A stretch of DNA of 64,000 nucleotides from an uncultured Desulfarculus sp. (GCA_963665125.2 CAXXUK010000002.1:288001-352000), one strand, 5' to 3'; numbered from the stretch's first letter, positions 39,415-50,189 are shown. The notes: generated from the sequence alone by a model not told the origin. Numbers and translations: made by a program.

Positions 39415-41940
39415 TCAGCTTCCGGCGGCGGGGCGCAGGGTTTGCTTGATTTTTTGCAATAACACGTTCATTTCAAAGGGCTTGTGTACGAAACCCTGGG
39501 TGCCTTGACGAAGGGAGCGTTCAAAGCGGTCGTCCTGGCCATAACCGCTGACAACCAGCACGGGCACTTCCGGATTGATGAAGCGGATATACTCCAGCAA
39601 TTGCGGCCCGCCAAGGTCCGGCAGCCCCACATCCATCAAAACCAGCGCTATTTGATCCTCGTCGCGCATTATTTCCAGGCCCTTTTCACCGTCCGGAGCC
39701 GTTATTGTCTTGTAACCGTGCCGGTCGAGAATTCTTTTGCCGATATCCAGCAGATCCTGTTCGTCATCAATGATGAGTACCAGTTCACCATTGCCGTGTA
39801 AATCCTCTGGCGCGGTTTTCGGCGCATGCGGCTCATCGCCGGGCTGATCCATCGCCGGGAAATAGAGGTTAAAGACCGCACCCTCTCCCGGACTGCTTTG
39901 GCAGGTTATTGCCCCGCCGTGGGTTTTCACCGCTCCGAAAACCGTGGGCAAGCCCAGACCGGTGCCCTTTCCTACTTCCTTGGTGGTGAAAAACGGATCG
40001 AATATCTTGGAAAGGGTGAGTTCGTTCATACCCTCGCCGGTGTCTGAGAAGCTGAGATTCACATAGCGTCCCGGCGGGATGTTCATCTGCCCGGCCTGGA
40101 ATTGATCCAGATCAACGGTTCGACCGGTGATGCTCAGCACGCCGCCGTTGGGCATTGCGTCGCTGGCGTTTGAGGCCAGATTCATGATGATTTGTTCGAT
40201 CATGTTGGGGTCCGCCTTGATCGGCGGAGTATTCTGGGCAAACCTGCTCTGGATGCTGATCATCTTGGGTATGGTGCGCTCCAGCAGCTTCAGGGTGTTG
40301 TTGACGACATTTTCCAAGGAGGTGGGCACCAACTCTGTTTCAACCTTGCGGCTGAAGGTCAGGATCTGCCGGACAAGTTCCTTGGCCCGCTTGGTTGAAT
40401 CCAGCAGGCGGCGAAGGTTTTCCGGGCTGGCCTTGCCTTCATTGGCGTCCCAGATGGCCAATTCGGCAAAACCCATGACCGCGCCGAGAATATTGTTGAA
40501 GTCGTGGGCAATTCCGCCTGCAAGGGTGCCGATGGCCTCCATTTTTTGGGCCTGACGTAGTTGTAGCTCCAGTTGGCGTTTTTCCTCTTCGGCCTTGTTG
40601 CGCTCGGACATGTCGCGCATCACCGCCACGTAACCCAGGGTCTGGTGGCCGGGCCCCTGGATGGTGCTCAGGGATGACTCCATGGGGAAAACGGAACCGT
40701 TTTTGTGTTTGTAGTCCCACTCTCCCCGCCAATAGCCCTGCCGCCGGACGATTGGGTAGACCTCGCGGCCGAAGCGCTCGAAGTGGTCCCATGATGGGTG
40801 AACGATCAATGTAGATGATCCAACTATTTCATCGGAGGTATAACCGAATTGCTGGAGAAACGCGGGGTTGCTTTCCAAAATAATTCTGTTCTCATCGAGG
40901 GTGATGATGCTGTCTATTGAGCTGTCGATCAGCGCCTTGTGGTATTGTTCACGATTGGCCAACTGCTGCTCGGCGTGTTGCCTTTGAGTCAGTTCCTTGA
41001 CCAGGGCCTGTGTTTTTTCGCCGACCTTTCGGCGCAGGGTCCAAGACCAGCCTATGATCAGGCCCAGCAGCAACAACAGCGGCACTAAAACGATTGACGC
41101 GAAGATCAGGGCTTTGCCCCAGACGTCGGATCTGTCCCCCGCCCCAAACCACTTGTTATAGATTTCATCATAGCGGCCATTGGCGTGAATCAGGCTAAGG
41201 CCCTCGTTGAGCACGGAGACCAAATGAACATCGCCTTTTTTAACGGCAAAACAGTAGCGCAGGGGCAGGACCGGTTTGCCCACGGCTTCGATGTTTTCGA
41301 GGTTTTGCTCCCGGATGATGAAGTTGCCCAGCAGACGAGGCAGAATGGCGCAATCGTACCGGTCATTTTCCAATAGACTCAAGGCTTGGCTGGGGTTTGT
41401 CACCCTGATAACCTGTTGCCCGATTTTGTTTTTTGTTACGTAGTCGTCGGCAATGTCGCCTTTTTGGACGACGACTCTTTTGTTTGCCAGGCCTTGGAAG
41501 CTGGTAACGGATGAACCCTTGCGGACGAAGATGGTGTAGGTGACGACGATAAAAGCCCTGGAGAAATCGACGATATCCGCGCGTTCCTTTGAGTAGAACA
41601 TACCAGTTAAGGCGTCGATCTCGCCCCGCTCCAGTTGACTTCGCACCTGGGTCCAGGGGCCCAAACTTATTTCGACCTGTATTCCCATGGCCTTGGCCAC
41701 GGCCAGCATGATGTCCACGTTGAAACCTTGGGCCACCCCTTGCTGGTCTATGAATTCATAGGGCGGATAGGAGTCGTCACCGCGAACCTTCAGCCATTTT
41801 GCCGCCTTGGCACCATCATTATTGGCCAAGGCTGGTTGGCAAAAAAACAGGCAGACCGCGCCAATTAAGCAACAGACAAACGTCTTAAGTAAATAAGCGG
41901 GATTTGATCCGTTCATCAGCGGTACCAGTGCGTTGTCCAA
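39415..41940 (-). CDS. Hybrid histidine kinase (SBP family 3-TM-PAS-HK-REC)
   Basis: YPPYEF, HDFNNIL, GKGTGLGL motifs and C-terminal receiver; start uncertain. Confidence 0.93.
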   Translation of the reverse strand: MDNALVPLMNGSNPAYLLKTFVCCLIGAVCLFFCQPALANNDGAKAAKWLKVRGDDSYPPYEFIDQQGVAQGFNVDIMLAVAKAMGIQVEISLGPWTQVRSQLERGEIDALTGMFYSKERADIVDFSRAFIVVTYTIFVRKGSSVTSFQGLANKRVVVQKGDIADDYVTKNKIGQQVIRVTNPSQALSLLENDRYDCAILPRLLGNFIIREQNLENIEAVGKPVLPLRYCFAVKKGDVHLVSVLNEGLSLIHANGRYDEIYNKWFGAGDRSDVWGKALIFASIVLVPLLLLLGLIIGWSWTLRRKVGEKTQALVKELTQRQHAEQQLANREQYHKALIDSSIDSIITLDENRIILESNPAFLQQFGYTSDEIVGSSTLIVHPSWDHFERFGREVYPIVRRQGYWRGEWDYKHKNGSVFPMESSLSTIQGPGHQTLGYVAVMRDMSERNKAEEEKRQLELQLRQAQKMEAIGTLAGGIAHDFNNILGAVMGFAELAIWDANEGKASPENLRRLLDSTKRAKELVRQILTFSRKVETELVPTSLENVVNNTLKLLERTIPKMISIQSRFAQNTPPIKADPNMIEQIIMNLASNASDAMPNGGVLSITGRTVDLDQFQAGQMNIPPGRYVNLSFSDTGEGMNELTLSKIFDPFFTTKEVGKGTGLGLPTVFGAVKTHGGAITCQSSPGEGAVFNLYFPAMDQPGDEPHAPKTAPEDLHGNGELVLIIDDEQDLLDIGKRILDRHGYKTITAPDGEKGLEIMRDEDQIALVLMDVGLPDLGGPQLLEYIRFINPEVPVLVVSGYGQDDRFERSLRQGTQGFVHKPFEMNVLLQKIKQTLRPAAGS

Positions 41941-42129
41941 TTAAAGATTCTATCCGAGATGTGTCTGGTTAACTGCCACCTTTATTTCAGGATAATCAAT
42001 TTTACCGCGCATGGCTATGCCCGGCGTGACAACATATGAATATTGTCGTTCTGTGACACCATTGACACGAGAAAACAATTTTCCCATGCCTTGCAGGAAC
42101 ACCATGGCAGCCAAGTTATCAATGCGCCA

Positions 42130-42894
42130 TTAGAAGCCCGAGGGAATGTGCCCCATGGCTCGGCTGACAGAATCGGCCGCCGCCATGAGCCTGCCGGCAA
42201 GATCGGTCCGGTTGCGTTTGAATACTTGTTGAGGCAGGCCCGATACGCTGATCGAGCCGACGATAGCGCCACCCGGCCCGCGCACCGCTGCGGCGTAACA
42301 GCCCACGCCCAGCATGAATTCTTCACGGTCTTCGGCATATCCCTGGCGCTGGAACATCTCCAATTGGTCCAGCAGTTCCCGGCGGTCGGTAATGGTATGG
42401 CTGGTCATCTTGACCAGGACGGTGTGATCCAGAGTGTCGTGCAATTCATCAGGCTCCAGGGCGGCCAGCACGGCCTTGCCGATGGCCGTGCAGTGGCAGG
42501 GAAGCCTGGGGCCCATCTGCTGCATCTGGCTGCCAGAGCTGCCGGGCAGGGCGGTCATGGTCAAGACCATGGCCGGAGGGTCCCACAAGGCCAAGCGGGC
42601 GCTGAGGCCCACCTCCCCGGCCAGGTCGTGGACCACGGGCGAACCTACCTGATTTATCTTCAGGCTGGCGGCCAGGTTCGAGCCCAACTCGTAAATTCGT
42701 AACCCCAACATGTATTTGCGGGTTTCGGGGTCCTGTTGCAGGAAACCGCGGCTCACCAGGGTGCGCACCAGGCCGTGGATCGTGGTCTTGGATAGGCCCA
42801 GCATGTTGGCCATTTCGGTAATGCCGAGTCTGGTTTTTTCCACTGTGAAAAGGCTCAGGATGTCCACGGCCCTGTTTACCGATTGTACGCTCAT
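42130..42894 (-). CDS. IclR family regulator
   Basis: VQSVNRA, GLSKTT, HCTAIGK, GYAEDREE motifs. Confidence 0.95.
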   Translation of the reverse strand: MSVQSVNRAVDILSLFTVEKTRLGITEMANMLGLSKTTIHGLVRTLVSRGFLQQDPETRKYMLGLRIYELGSNLAASLKINQVGSPVVHDLAGEVGLSARLALWDPPAMVLTMTALPGSSGSQMQQMGPRLPCHCTAIGKAVLAALEPDELHDTLDHTVLVKMTSHTITDRRELLDQLEMFQRQGYAEDREEFMLGVGCYAAAVRGPGGAIVGSISVSGLPQQVFKRNRTDLAGRLMAAADSVSRAMGHIPSGF

Positions 42895-43239
42895 ATTTTT
42901 CTCCCTGGTTCAAACCGAAATCGCGGGCGCGGCAACCGTACCCCCCTGGGCCTGGTGTCGGATCATTGTGTTCAGTAATGCAGGATATATTACGGCATGG
43001 CGGAAGTGCAAGAGAAGGTTCGTTTAATGAAATCGTAGCCGGATCATCCGTCAGATAGGCCGCGAATAGGGGCTGATTCAAAGGGCATGGATGATAATCT
43101 AGGATATAACAATTTGAAATGACAGATTAAAATTAGTAGTGGCCTGCTTGCTTGTAACTGGTTGCCTTTGCCGGGCGAAACACAATGCGAAACATTAGCA
43201 GCAAAGGTAAATCAGGTGAAAGCACCACAAGCAACAGCA

Positions 43240-44379
43240 ATGGAACCGCAATGGGATAGTCCCGCCGATATTCCGTCAGCGGTCCCGGAATCGGCCGATT
43301 GGGCTCAGTGCGACATAATTATCCCCATCTACAACAATGTGGACGACACCCGGCTATGCCTTGAGCACATCAGGGCCAATACGGGTCCGGCGTACCGGCT
43401 GGTTTTGGTTGATGATTGTTCGGACAACTATGCCGCCCAATGGTTGGAAAACATCGCCGCCCGCCGGATCTATGGTCCGACCCTGCTGGTACGCCGCCAG
43501 ACGCGGGGCGGCTGGACCGGCGCCACCAACGCGGGCCTGGCGCTGTCAAGGGCGCCGTTTATCTGCCTGATGAACAACGACACCTTGGCCGCGCCGGGCT
43601 GGCTGGACAGGCTGCTCTATCATTTCGACCGCCAGCCCGCGTTGGGGCTGATGCAGCCCGCCGGCAACGAGGCCGAATTGCGCCGGGAAATGAATGCCGA
43701 TTTGAATGGTTTCGCCGCCCGGATAGCCTCCCGCAATTTCGGCATTTTCACGCGCACGAGCTATATCAGCGGCTTCTGCCTGGTCATGCGCCGCAGTCTG
43801 TACCGCACCCTGGGCCCGTTCGACCCCGCTTTTGACAAAGGGCTGTGGGCCGACCACGACTACTGCCGCAAGGCCCAGGATTTGGGCTATTTCAGCGCCG
43901 TGGCCGAAGACTCCCTGGTGTTGCATCTCCAGGGACGCACCATGGGGCGGCGCTCCGAGGCTGTGATCCGGGCCAATCTATCGGCGGAGCGGTTGTTCAT
44001 CAGCCGCTGGGGCTACAAGCAGGGCGTTTACTGGCGGCCGGACATACCCCTGACCGCGCCCGAGGCCGCCGCCCAGATGGCCAAGCTCGTCGCCCTGGCA
44101 GACCGGGGCAACATGATTTACGTGGCCCTTGCGCATGGCGAAACGCCGGAACGGGTTCTTGCCGCTCACGGCCTGCCCAGACACTCCAACATCAAATTCG
44201 AAACGCCGGGCCTGCCCCTGCCAAAATCGGCGTGGTGCGCCTTTCGCTATCATTACCAGCGCTACAAAAGGCGGGTGCGGATCTTCCACTGGGGGAACCT
44301 GGCCGACTTGGATCTGCGCTGCCGGCCCCTGGACGAACTGCCGCCCCGGGAAATCGCCGTGGTCTACCGGGGCAAGTGA
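43240..44379 (+). CDS. Glycosyltransferase family 2
   Basis: IIIPIYN, VDDCS, NNDT, GFCL, DHDYC motifs; start uncertain. Confidence 0.88.
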   Translation: MEPQWDSPADIPSAVPESADWAQCDIIIPIYNNVDDTRLCLEHIRANTGPAYRLVLVDDCSDNYAAQWLENIAARRIYGPTLLVRRQTRGGWTGATNAGLALSRAPFICLMNNDTLAAPGWLDRLLYHFDRQPALGLMQPAGNEAELRREMNADLNGFAARIASRNFGIFTRTSYISGFCLVMRRSLYRTLGPFDPAFDKGLWADHDYCRKAQDLGYFSAVAEDSLVLHLQGRTMGRRSEAVIRANLSAERLFISRWGYKQGVYWRPDIPLTAPEAAAQMAKLVALADRGNMIYVALAHGETPERVLAAHGLPRHSNIKFETPGLPLPKSAWCAFRYHYQRYKRRVRIFHWGNLADLDLRCRPLDELPPREIAVVYRGK

Positions 44380-45299
44380 GCCGCCGGGGCCTTTGGGGTA
44401 ATGCTCTCGGCCTCGATGAAGACCTTTTTTACCAAGGGGAGTTCGGATTTGATGGCGGCGTCGATCTCGCTGACCGTACGCTCAACCTGGGCGGCGCTGA
44501 GCGTGTCGTCAAAATCCAGGCTGATGGTCACCAGGATATAGCTGGGCCCCATGTGCATGGTCAGGACCTCGCCGATGCCGCTGATCTCCGGCCGCTCGGC
44601 CAAGAGGCCCCTTATCCGGGCGATATCTTCGCGCCCGGCCCGTTCGCCGATCAAAAGGCCCTTGGTCTCCACGGCCAGCCACACCGCCGTGGCCGCCAGG
44701 ATCAGGCCGATGCCGATGGACGCCGCGCCGTCAAAGACGTGATTGCCGGTGATCTGGTACAGGGCCGTTCCGGCCAGGGCCACCAGCAGACCGGCCATGG
44801 CCGCGCTGTCCTCGAACAGCACCACGAACACCGTGGGGTCCTTGCCCCGGTGCACGGCCTCCAGATAGCCCCGTTGGCCCTTGATCTTGCCGAATTCCTT
44901 GAGGGCGAAGATCCAGGCCGCGCCTTCGAAGACCATGGCCAACACCAGAACCACGTAGTTGAGCGTGAGGTCGCCCATTGGCGAGGGTTTGATGATGTGG
45001 ATGATGCCTTCGTAAATGCTGATGCCCGCGCCCAGGGCGAAGATCAGCAGGGCCACCACGAAGCTCCAGAAATAGACTTCCTTGCCGTAGCCGAAGGGGA
45101 ACATTTGATCGGCCGGTTTTTTGGCCCGGCGCATGCCGTGCAGCAGAAGGGCCTGGTTGCCCGTATCGACCAGGGAGTGGATGCCCTCGGAAAGCATGGC
45201 CGACGAGCCGCTGAGGCCCGCGGCGATGAATTTGGTCACGGCGATGGCCAGGTTGCCGGCCAGGGCCGCGTAGATTACTTTTTTGGAGCCTGATGCCAT
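44364..45299 (-). CDS. Cation diffusion facilitator (CDF) transporter
   Basis: SEGIHSLVD, PFGYGKE, FEDSAA motifs. Confidence 0.92.
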   Translation of the reverse strand: MASGSKKVIYAALAGNLAIAVTKFIAAGLSGSSAMLSEGIHSLVDTGNQALLLHGMRRAKKPADQMFPFGYGKEVYFWSFVVALLIFALGAGISIYEGIIHIIKPSPMGDLTLNYVVLVLAMVFEGAAWIFALKEFGKIKGQRGYLEAVHRGKDPTVFVVLFEDSAAMAGLLVALAGTALYQITGNHVFDGAASIGIGLILAATAVWLAVETKGLLIGERAGREDIARIRGLLAERPEISGIGEVLTMHMGPSYILVTISLDFDDTLSAAQVERTVSEIDAAIKSELPLVKKVFIEAESITPKAPAAHLPR

Positions 45300-45315
45300 T
45301 TAATTCTGTATTCCG

Positions 45316-45648
45316 CTAATAGTTGACTTCGATCTTGGCCCGGCCCTTGTCCAGCCTGAACTCGATCTTTTCAAAGGGGCAGCGTTTCATGGCCCGAGCT
45401 TCGGTGACCGGCTTGTCCCTGACGAAGATGCGTTTTTTCATCAACGGCGCTTTGCAAGGGTAGAAACGCAGCAGCCCCCCGGCCATCTCCGTGCCCAGGC
45501 GGGTGACCGTGACGCTGACCTCGTTCACCATGGGATCGAATTCCAAGGTGAAGGTATCGCCGGTGTCGAGTTCCGCGGTTTTTTGGGCTGCCGCCGCCGG
45601 GCCGGCCAGGCACAGCATTATGGCCGCCCAAACAAAAAGCCGTTTCAT
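45316..45648 (-). CDS. Small exported hypothetical protein
   Basis: GGAGG RBS; signal peptide MKRLFVWAAIMLCLAGPAAA. Confidence 0.65.
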   Translation of the reverse strand: MKRLFVWAAIMLCLAGPAAAAQKTAELDTGDTFTLEFDPMVNEVSVTVTRLGTEMAGGLLRFYPCKAPLMKKRIFVRDKPVTEARAMKRCPFEKIEFRLDKGRAKIEVNY

Positions 45649-45710
45649 CGGACCCTCCCAAGGACGGAGGCTTTCGCCCCCGCCGGTTTCTTTAACACAC
45701 CCACCGAAGA

Positions 45711-48194
45711 TCAGCCAGCCTTGTGCAGCTTGAGCTTGGCCTTGGCCAAAAAGCGGCTGTGCCGGCCGGCGCTGTGGTTCAGATGTTTGTAGATGCCCAG
45801 CTTGGCCCAGTCTTCGATAAACACCCAGATAATGCAGTAGCCCCAAATCAGGCCGATGTACTTCCAAGATATGGGCGTGACGAAAAATCCGTAGGCCACC
45901 ACCAATGTGGCCAACAGCTTGGTGGCCACCGCCGACCAGATCATGGCCGACGAGGGGAAGGGCCGGGCCAGCATGGGCTTGCTGGAGCGGGCCACGAACA
46001 AGGTCAGGTGTCCGGCCACGGCCAGCTTGAGGAAGATGAATGACTGGATCTGGGCCTGGTCCAGGCCGAGCCAGGTCCGGGCCAGGATCAGCAGCAGGAA
46101 GGTCTCCACCACGCCGATGAGGCCCAGGCAGCTCGACACCGTCAGCACCCGCCGCATGTCCCATTGCACCGGAGTCGGAGATAAATACGTGCTGTCCGAG
46201 GCGATGGTCATTATCGGCACGTCGTTTAATAGCGCCAGCAGGATGATCATGATGGCCGTGACGGGGTAGAAGTTGTAGACAAGGATGGCCGCCACCACGA
46301 AGAACATGATGCGTATGGTCTCGGTGATGCGGTAAATGGCGTATGAGTTCATGCGCTCGAAGATGCGCCGTGCCTCCTCCACGGCCGAGACGATGACCGA
46401 CAGGCCCGGCGCGGTGAGGATCAAATCCGCCGCCGCCCTGGCCGCATCGGTGGCCCCGCTTACGGCCACGCCCACGTCGGCCTGCTTCAAGGCAGGGGCG
46501 TCGTTGACGCCATCGCCGGTCATGGCCGAGATATGCCCCCGCTGCTGCAAGGCCTTGACTATGCCGTACTTGTGCTCCGGGAAAACCTGGGCGAATCCGT
46601 CGGCCTTTTCCACCCTTTCGGCCGTGGCGTCGTCCAGGGTCTGGGTGGCCGCGTCGCCGCTGAAGATGGCCTCGGCAGGCTGGATCTCCGTGCCCAGGCC
46701 AAGCCGGCGGCTGATTTCCTTGGCAATGGCCGCATGGTCGCCGGTGACCATCTTGACGTCGATGCCATGTTCCTTAGCCTTTTGAATGGTCTCGGCCGCG
46801 TCTTCCCGGGGCGGGTCGTACAGCGGCACCAGGCCCAGGAAGCGCCAGCCTTCGCCGTCGTCCCTGGCCACGCCCAGGGGCCGGTAGCCCTTGGCCGCCA
46901 TGGCGTCGACCCTGGCCGTGACGTCGGAAGCCAGGGCCTCGTCAACCGGGCACAGGCCCAATATGGCCTGGGGCGCGCCCTTGCTGACCTTGAAACTCTT
47001 GCCCTGGCCGCTGACGGTGGCCTCGGTGCGCTTGCCCACCGGGTCAAAGGGCAGGAACTGATCCTGGATGTAGCCGTCCAGCACGGCCATGTCGTCCAGG
47101 GCGTCCAATACGGCAGAGTCAATGGCGTCGGCGCTTTCGGCCTTGCTGGCCAAGGCCGCGGCCAACAGCAGCTCTTCGCGGCCCGCCCCGGCCATGGCCT
47201 GCACATCGCCCAGGGTCAGTTTGTTCTGGGTAAGGGTGCCGGTCTTGTCCGAGCACAGCACGTCCATGCCCGCCATTTCCTCGATGGCCTCCAACCGGCT
47301 GACAATGGCTTTCATCTTGGAAAGGGCCAAAGCGCCCACGGCCATGGTAACGCTGAGCACCGCGGGCATGGCCACCGGGATGGCCGCCACGGTGAGGATC
47401 AGGGCGAACTGCACCAGCTCCAGGAAGGGCAGGCCCCGCTCCAGGCCGAAGAGGATCAACATGGCCACCAGGCCAAGGGTCAGGTAGATCAGATAGTCGC
47501 CGATGGTCAACACGGCCTTTTGGAAGTGGCTGGGCGCTCCGGCGCTTTCCACCAGGGCGGCGGTGCGGCCGAAGAAGGTATTGCCGCCGGTGGCCGTGAC
47601 CACGGCCCGCACCTCGCCCTGTTTGGCCACGCTGCCCGAATAGGCCGCGTCGCCCACTTTCTTGGATACGGGCAGGGATTCGCCGGTCAGGGCGGCCTGG
47701 TCCACGCTCAGGTATTCACCGCTGATTATCTTGGCGTCGGCCGGGATGATGTCGCCCAGGCGCAGCAAAACAATATCGCCGGGCACCAGATCCGCCGCCG
47801 GAATATCGCCCCATTGGCCGTCCCGCAGGACCCTGGCCTGGAGGGCCAGCTGGTTTTTCAGGGCCTCCAGGGCGCTTTGGGCCTTGCTCTCCTGCCAGAA
47901 ACCGATGCAGGCGTTGAACAGCAGCAATATCACGATGACTATGAAGTCTTCCCAGTGCCGGACAATGGCCGAAAGCACTGCCGCGGCCTCGATCATCCAG
48001 GGTATGGGTCCCCAGAAATACCTCAGAAAATCCAGAACCGGGTTACGCTTTTTCTCGGCCAAGGCGTTGGGGCCCACCTGCTCCAGGCGCTTGGCCGCTT
48101 CGGCTGATCCAAGGCCCTGGGCGCCCGTGTCCAGGCGGTCCATTACCTGTTCAATGTTCAGGTTCTGCGCATCATCACTGGATAACGTTTGCAT
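45711..48194 (-). CDS. Plasma-membrane-type proton-efflux P3A ATPase
   Basis: FWGPIPWMIE, TGES, IPVAMPAV, DKTGT, GDGVNDAP, YRITETIR, ALLND motifs. Confidence 0.92.
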   Translation of the reverse strand: MQTLSSDDAQNLNIEQVMDRLDTGAQGLGSAEAAKRLEQVGPNALAEKKRNPVLDFLRYFWGPIPWMIEAAAVLSAIVRHWEDFIVIVILLLFNACIGFWQESKAQSALEALKNQLALQARVLRDGQWGDIPAADLVPGDIVLLRLGDIIPADAKIISGEYLSVDQAALTGESLPVSKKVGDAAYSGSVAKQGEVRAVVTATGGNTFFGRTAALVESAGAPSHFQKAVLTIGDYLIYLTLGLVAMLILFGLERGLPFLELVQFALILTVAAIPVAMPAVLSVTMAVGALALSKMKAIVSRLEAIEEMAGMDVLCSDKTGTLTQNKLTLGDVQAMAGAGREELLLAAALASKAESADAIDSAVLDALDDMAVLDGYIQDQFLPFDPVGKRTEATVSGQGKSFKVSKGAPQAILGLCPVDEALASDVTARVDAMAAKGYRPLGVARDDGEGWRFLGLVPLYDPPREDAAETIQKAKEHGIDVKMVTGDHAAIAKEISRRLGLGTEIQPAEAIFSGDAATQTLDDATAERVEKADGFAQVFPEHKYGIVKALQQRGHISAMTGDGVNDAPALKQADVGVAVSGATDAARAAADLILTAPGLSVIVSAVEEARRIFERMNSYAIYRITETIRIMFFVVAAILVYNFYPVTAIMIILLALLNDVPIMTIASDSTYLSPTPVQWDMRRVLTVSSCLGLIGVVETFLLLILARTWLGLDQAQIQSFIFLKLAVAGHLTLFVARSSKPMLARPFPSSAMIWSAVATKLLATLVVAYGFFVTPISWKYIGLIWGYCIIWVFIEDWAKLGIYKHLNHSAGRHSRFLAKAKLKLHKAG

Positions 48195-48310
48195 GGCGGA
48201 TTCTCCATTCTGGGAAAAGACTACTGCTTACCAGGATAAGACTATGGGCAGGCGAAGTCCAGCGGCCATGCGCGGCCTTGGAGGCGTCACGAAAAAGTTG
48301 CCAGCGGCCC

Positions 48311-48341
48311 TTGACCTGTCTATAGGTTCATAGTTTAGGGT
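48311..48341 (+). promoter_or_regulatory. MerR-type promoter/operator with 19-bp spacer
   Basis: TTGACC-19 bp-TAGGGT overlapping the dyad ACCT-GTCTAT-AGGT. Confidence 0.7.
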
Positions 48342-48376
48342 TTGTTCATTGATGATCATCAAGAAGTGAGAAAAAC

Positions 48377-49588
48377 ATGTTCACCGTATCCCAGGCGGCC
48401 AAATTGCTGGGCTTGGCCCGCAGCACATTGCTGTACTACGAGCGCATCGGCCTGGTGCGGCCCGACAGAGGCCGAGCCAACCGCTACCGCCAATATAGCC
48501 GGGAAGACATCGACAGGCTGTTCATGGTGCGCCAGTTGCAGAAGGCGGGCTTGAGTCTCAAGGAATGCGCCCGTTGCCTGGCCGGGGAGATGCCTACGGA
48601 GATGCTGGACGAGAGGCTGGCCGAGGTGGAGCGGCGCATGGCCGACCTGGCCCGGACCAGGCTGCTGTTGGCGGCCCTGCAGGCCAGGGCGGGAGGCCGA
48701 AACGGCCCGCCCGGCGGCGAGGAACTCCGGCAATGGCACCGGCAATTCGAGGCCCTGGCCCCCATGGGCCACGACGAGATGCTGCGGCGTCTGGGCTTCA
48801 GCGAAAAAGAATCAATATATATAAGAATGGTGTCCAAGGACATGACTGACAATGAAACATATATGAAGCACTTTTTCTGGGTTCACGAACAGGTCCCGTT
48901 CCAAGGAGTGGGCAGCCCGGAAACCACCCGCCGCGCCTTTGAGATGATTCCAAATCCCGAGTCCGTGGCGAGAATAATTGATATCGGCTGCGGGGCGGGC
49001 GGCCCGGCCCTTAGGCTGGCCAAGCTGACCAAGGCGGCAATAACCGCGGTGGACAACCACCAACCCTTCCTGGGCGCCCTGGAACGAAACGCGGCCAACG
49101 AGGGCCTGGGCGGGCGGATCAATACCGTCAACGCCAGCATGACCGAACTGCCTTTTGCCGACGAATCATTCGACCTTATCTGGGCCGAGGGCTCGGCGTT
49201 CGTGATGGGCGTTGAAACCGCCCTCGAGCAGTGGCGGCGGCTGGTGCCGGCGGGCCGCTGGATGGCCATCAGCGAGGTGACCTGGCTCACCGAAAAGCCC
49301 TCACCCGAGACGGTCGAGTTTTTTGCCGCGGAATACCCGGATATCAGTAACATCGAGACTAGGCAAAAGCAGGCCGAGGACTGCGGCTGGCGGGTGCTGG
49401 GCGCTTTCGTGCAGCCGCCGTCGGATTGGCAGGCCTATTACGGCCAGATGCCCGGCCCCCTGGCCAAGGCGCGGAAAGAGTTTGGCCCCAGCCGTGCGTT
49501 CGACAACATCGAGGCCGAGATCAAGATGTACGATGATCACGGCGACGAATACGGCCACTTCTGCATGGTTTTGGAAAAGCGGGCATAA
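48377..49588 (+). CDS. MerR HTH - class I SAM methyltransferase fusion
   Basis: STLLYYERIGL...NRYRQY; IDIGCGAG, FDLIWAEG motifs. Confidence 0.9.
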   Translation: MFTVSQAAKLLGLARSTLLYYERIGLVRPDRGRANRYRQYSREDIDRLFMVRQLQKAGLSLKECARCLAGEMPTEMLDERLAEVERRMADLARTRLLLAALQARAGGRNGPPGGEELRQWHRQFEALAPMGHDEMLRRLGFSEKESIYIRMVSKDMTDNETYMKHFFWVHEQVPFQGVGSPETTRRAFEMIPNPESVARIIDIGCGAGGPALRLAKLTKAAITAVDNHQPFLGALERNAANEGLGGRINTVNASMTELPFADESFDLIWAEGSAFVMGVETALEQWRRLVPAGRWMAISEVTWLTEKPSPETVEFFAAEYPDISNIETRQKQAEDCGWRVLGAFVQPPSDWQAYYGQMPGPLAKARKEFGPSRAFDNIEAEIKMYDDHGDEYGHFCMVLEKRA

Positions 49589-49646
49589 TAAAAGCGGCCG
49601 GGGCGTCAATAGCTCCGGCCGCTGATCAGGCAAATCCGTCGGCGGA

Positions 49647-50048
49647 TTACTTCCAGCCGCCCTTCCAGCCTTTGCCCGTGCCGTCCAGGGGGCGGTCCGG
49701 GTAGTTGTCGCAGATGCCGTCGTTGTTGTCGTCGATCCAGTCGCCGGAGTTGACGCCGCCCCACTTGTTGGCGTCTCCGGCATAGTCGCAGATGCCGTCC
49801 TGGTCCGCGTCGATCCAACCCGGCGCGGTGCCTCCGTTGCCCTTGCCCGAGGTGGCCGCGGCCATCTGGGACCACAACACGGAGTCCTGATACGGATCAT
49901 AGATGCCGTCGCTGTTGGAGTCTATCCAGCCGGTCTGAAAGCTGGCGTCGCTGGTGCCCGAGCCGCCGCCATCCCCGCCGCCGCAGGCCGCCAGGGTCAT
50001 GACCATGGCCAACAGGGCCACGAGCGCAAAACCGCTACGTTTACTCAT
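49647..50048 (-). CDS. Lipoprotein with three DxDxDG Ca-binding-like repeats
   Basis: LAAC lipobox; WIDSNSDGIYD, WIDADQDGICD, WIDDNNDGICD. Confidence 0.78.
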   Translation of the reverse strand: MSKRSGFALVALLAMVMTLAACGGGDGGGSGTSDASFQTGWIDSNSDGIYDPYQDSVLWSQMAAATSGKGNGGTAPGWIDADQDGICDYAGDANKWGGVNSGDWIDDNNDGICDNYPDRPLDGTGKGWKGGWK

Positions 50049-50144
50049 AGGTGTATCCTTTCCGCCGGGTCTGGCGCGCCTAGTTTTATCCTAGGCATTG
50101 CCCTAATTATGAATGCGTATAATGGTTTTGCAACCAATGGGGCT

Positions 50145-50189
50145 AAAAAATCAGCGGTCCTGCGAAAGCACCGCGCGGACCGCTGGTTT
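50145..50189 (-). terminator. Putative terminator
   Basis: CAGCGGTCC/GGACCGCTG stem followed by a T-run on the minus strand. Confidence 0.5.
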
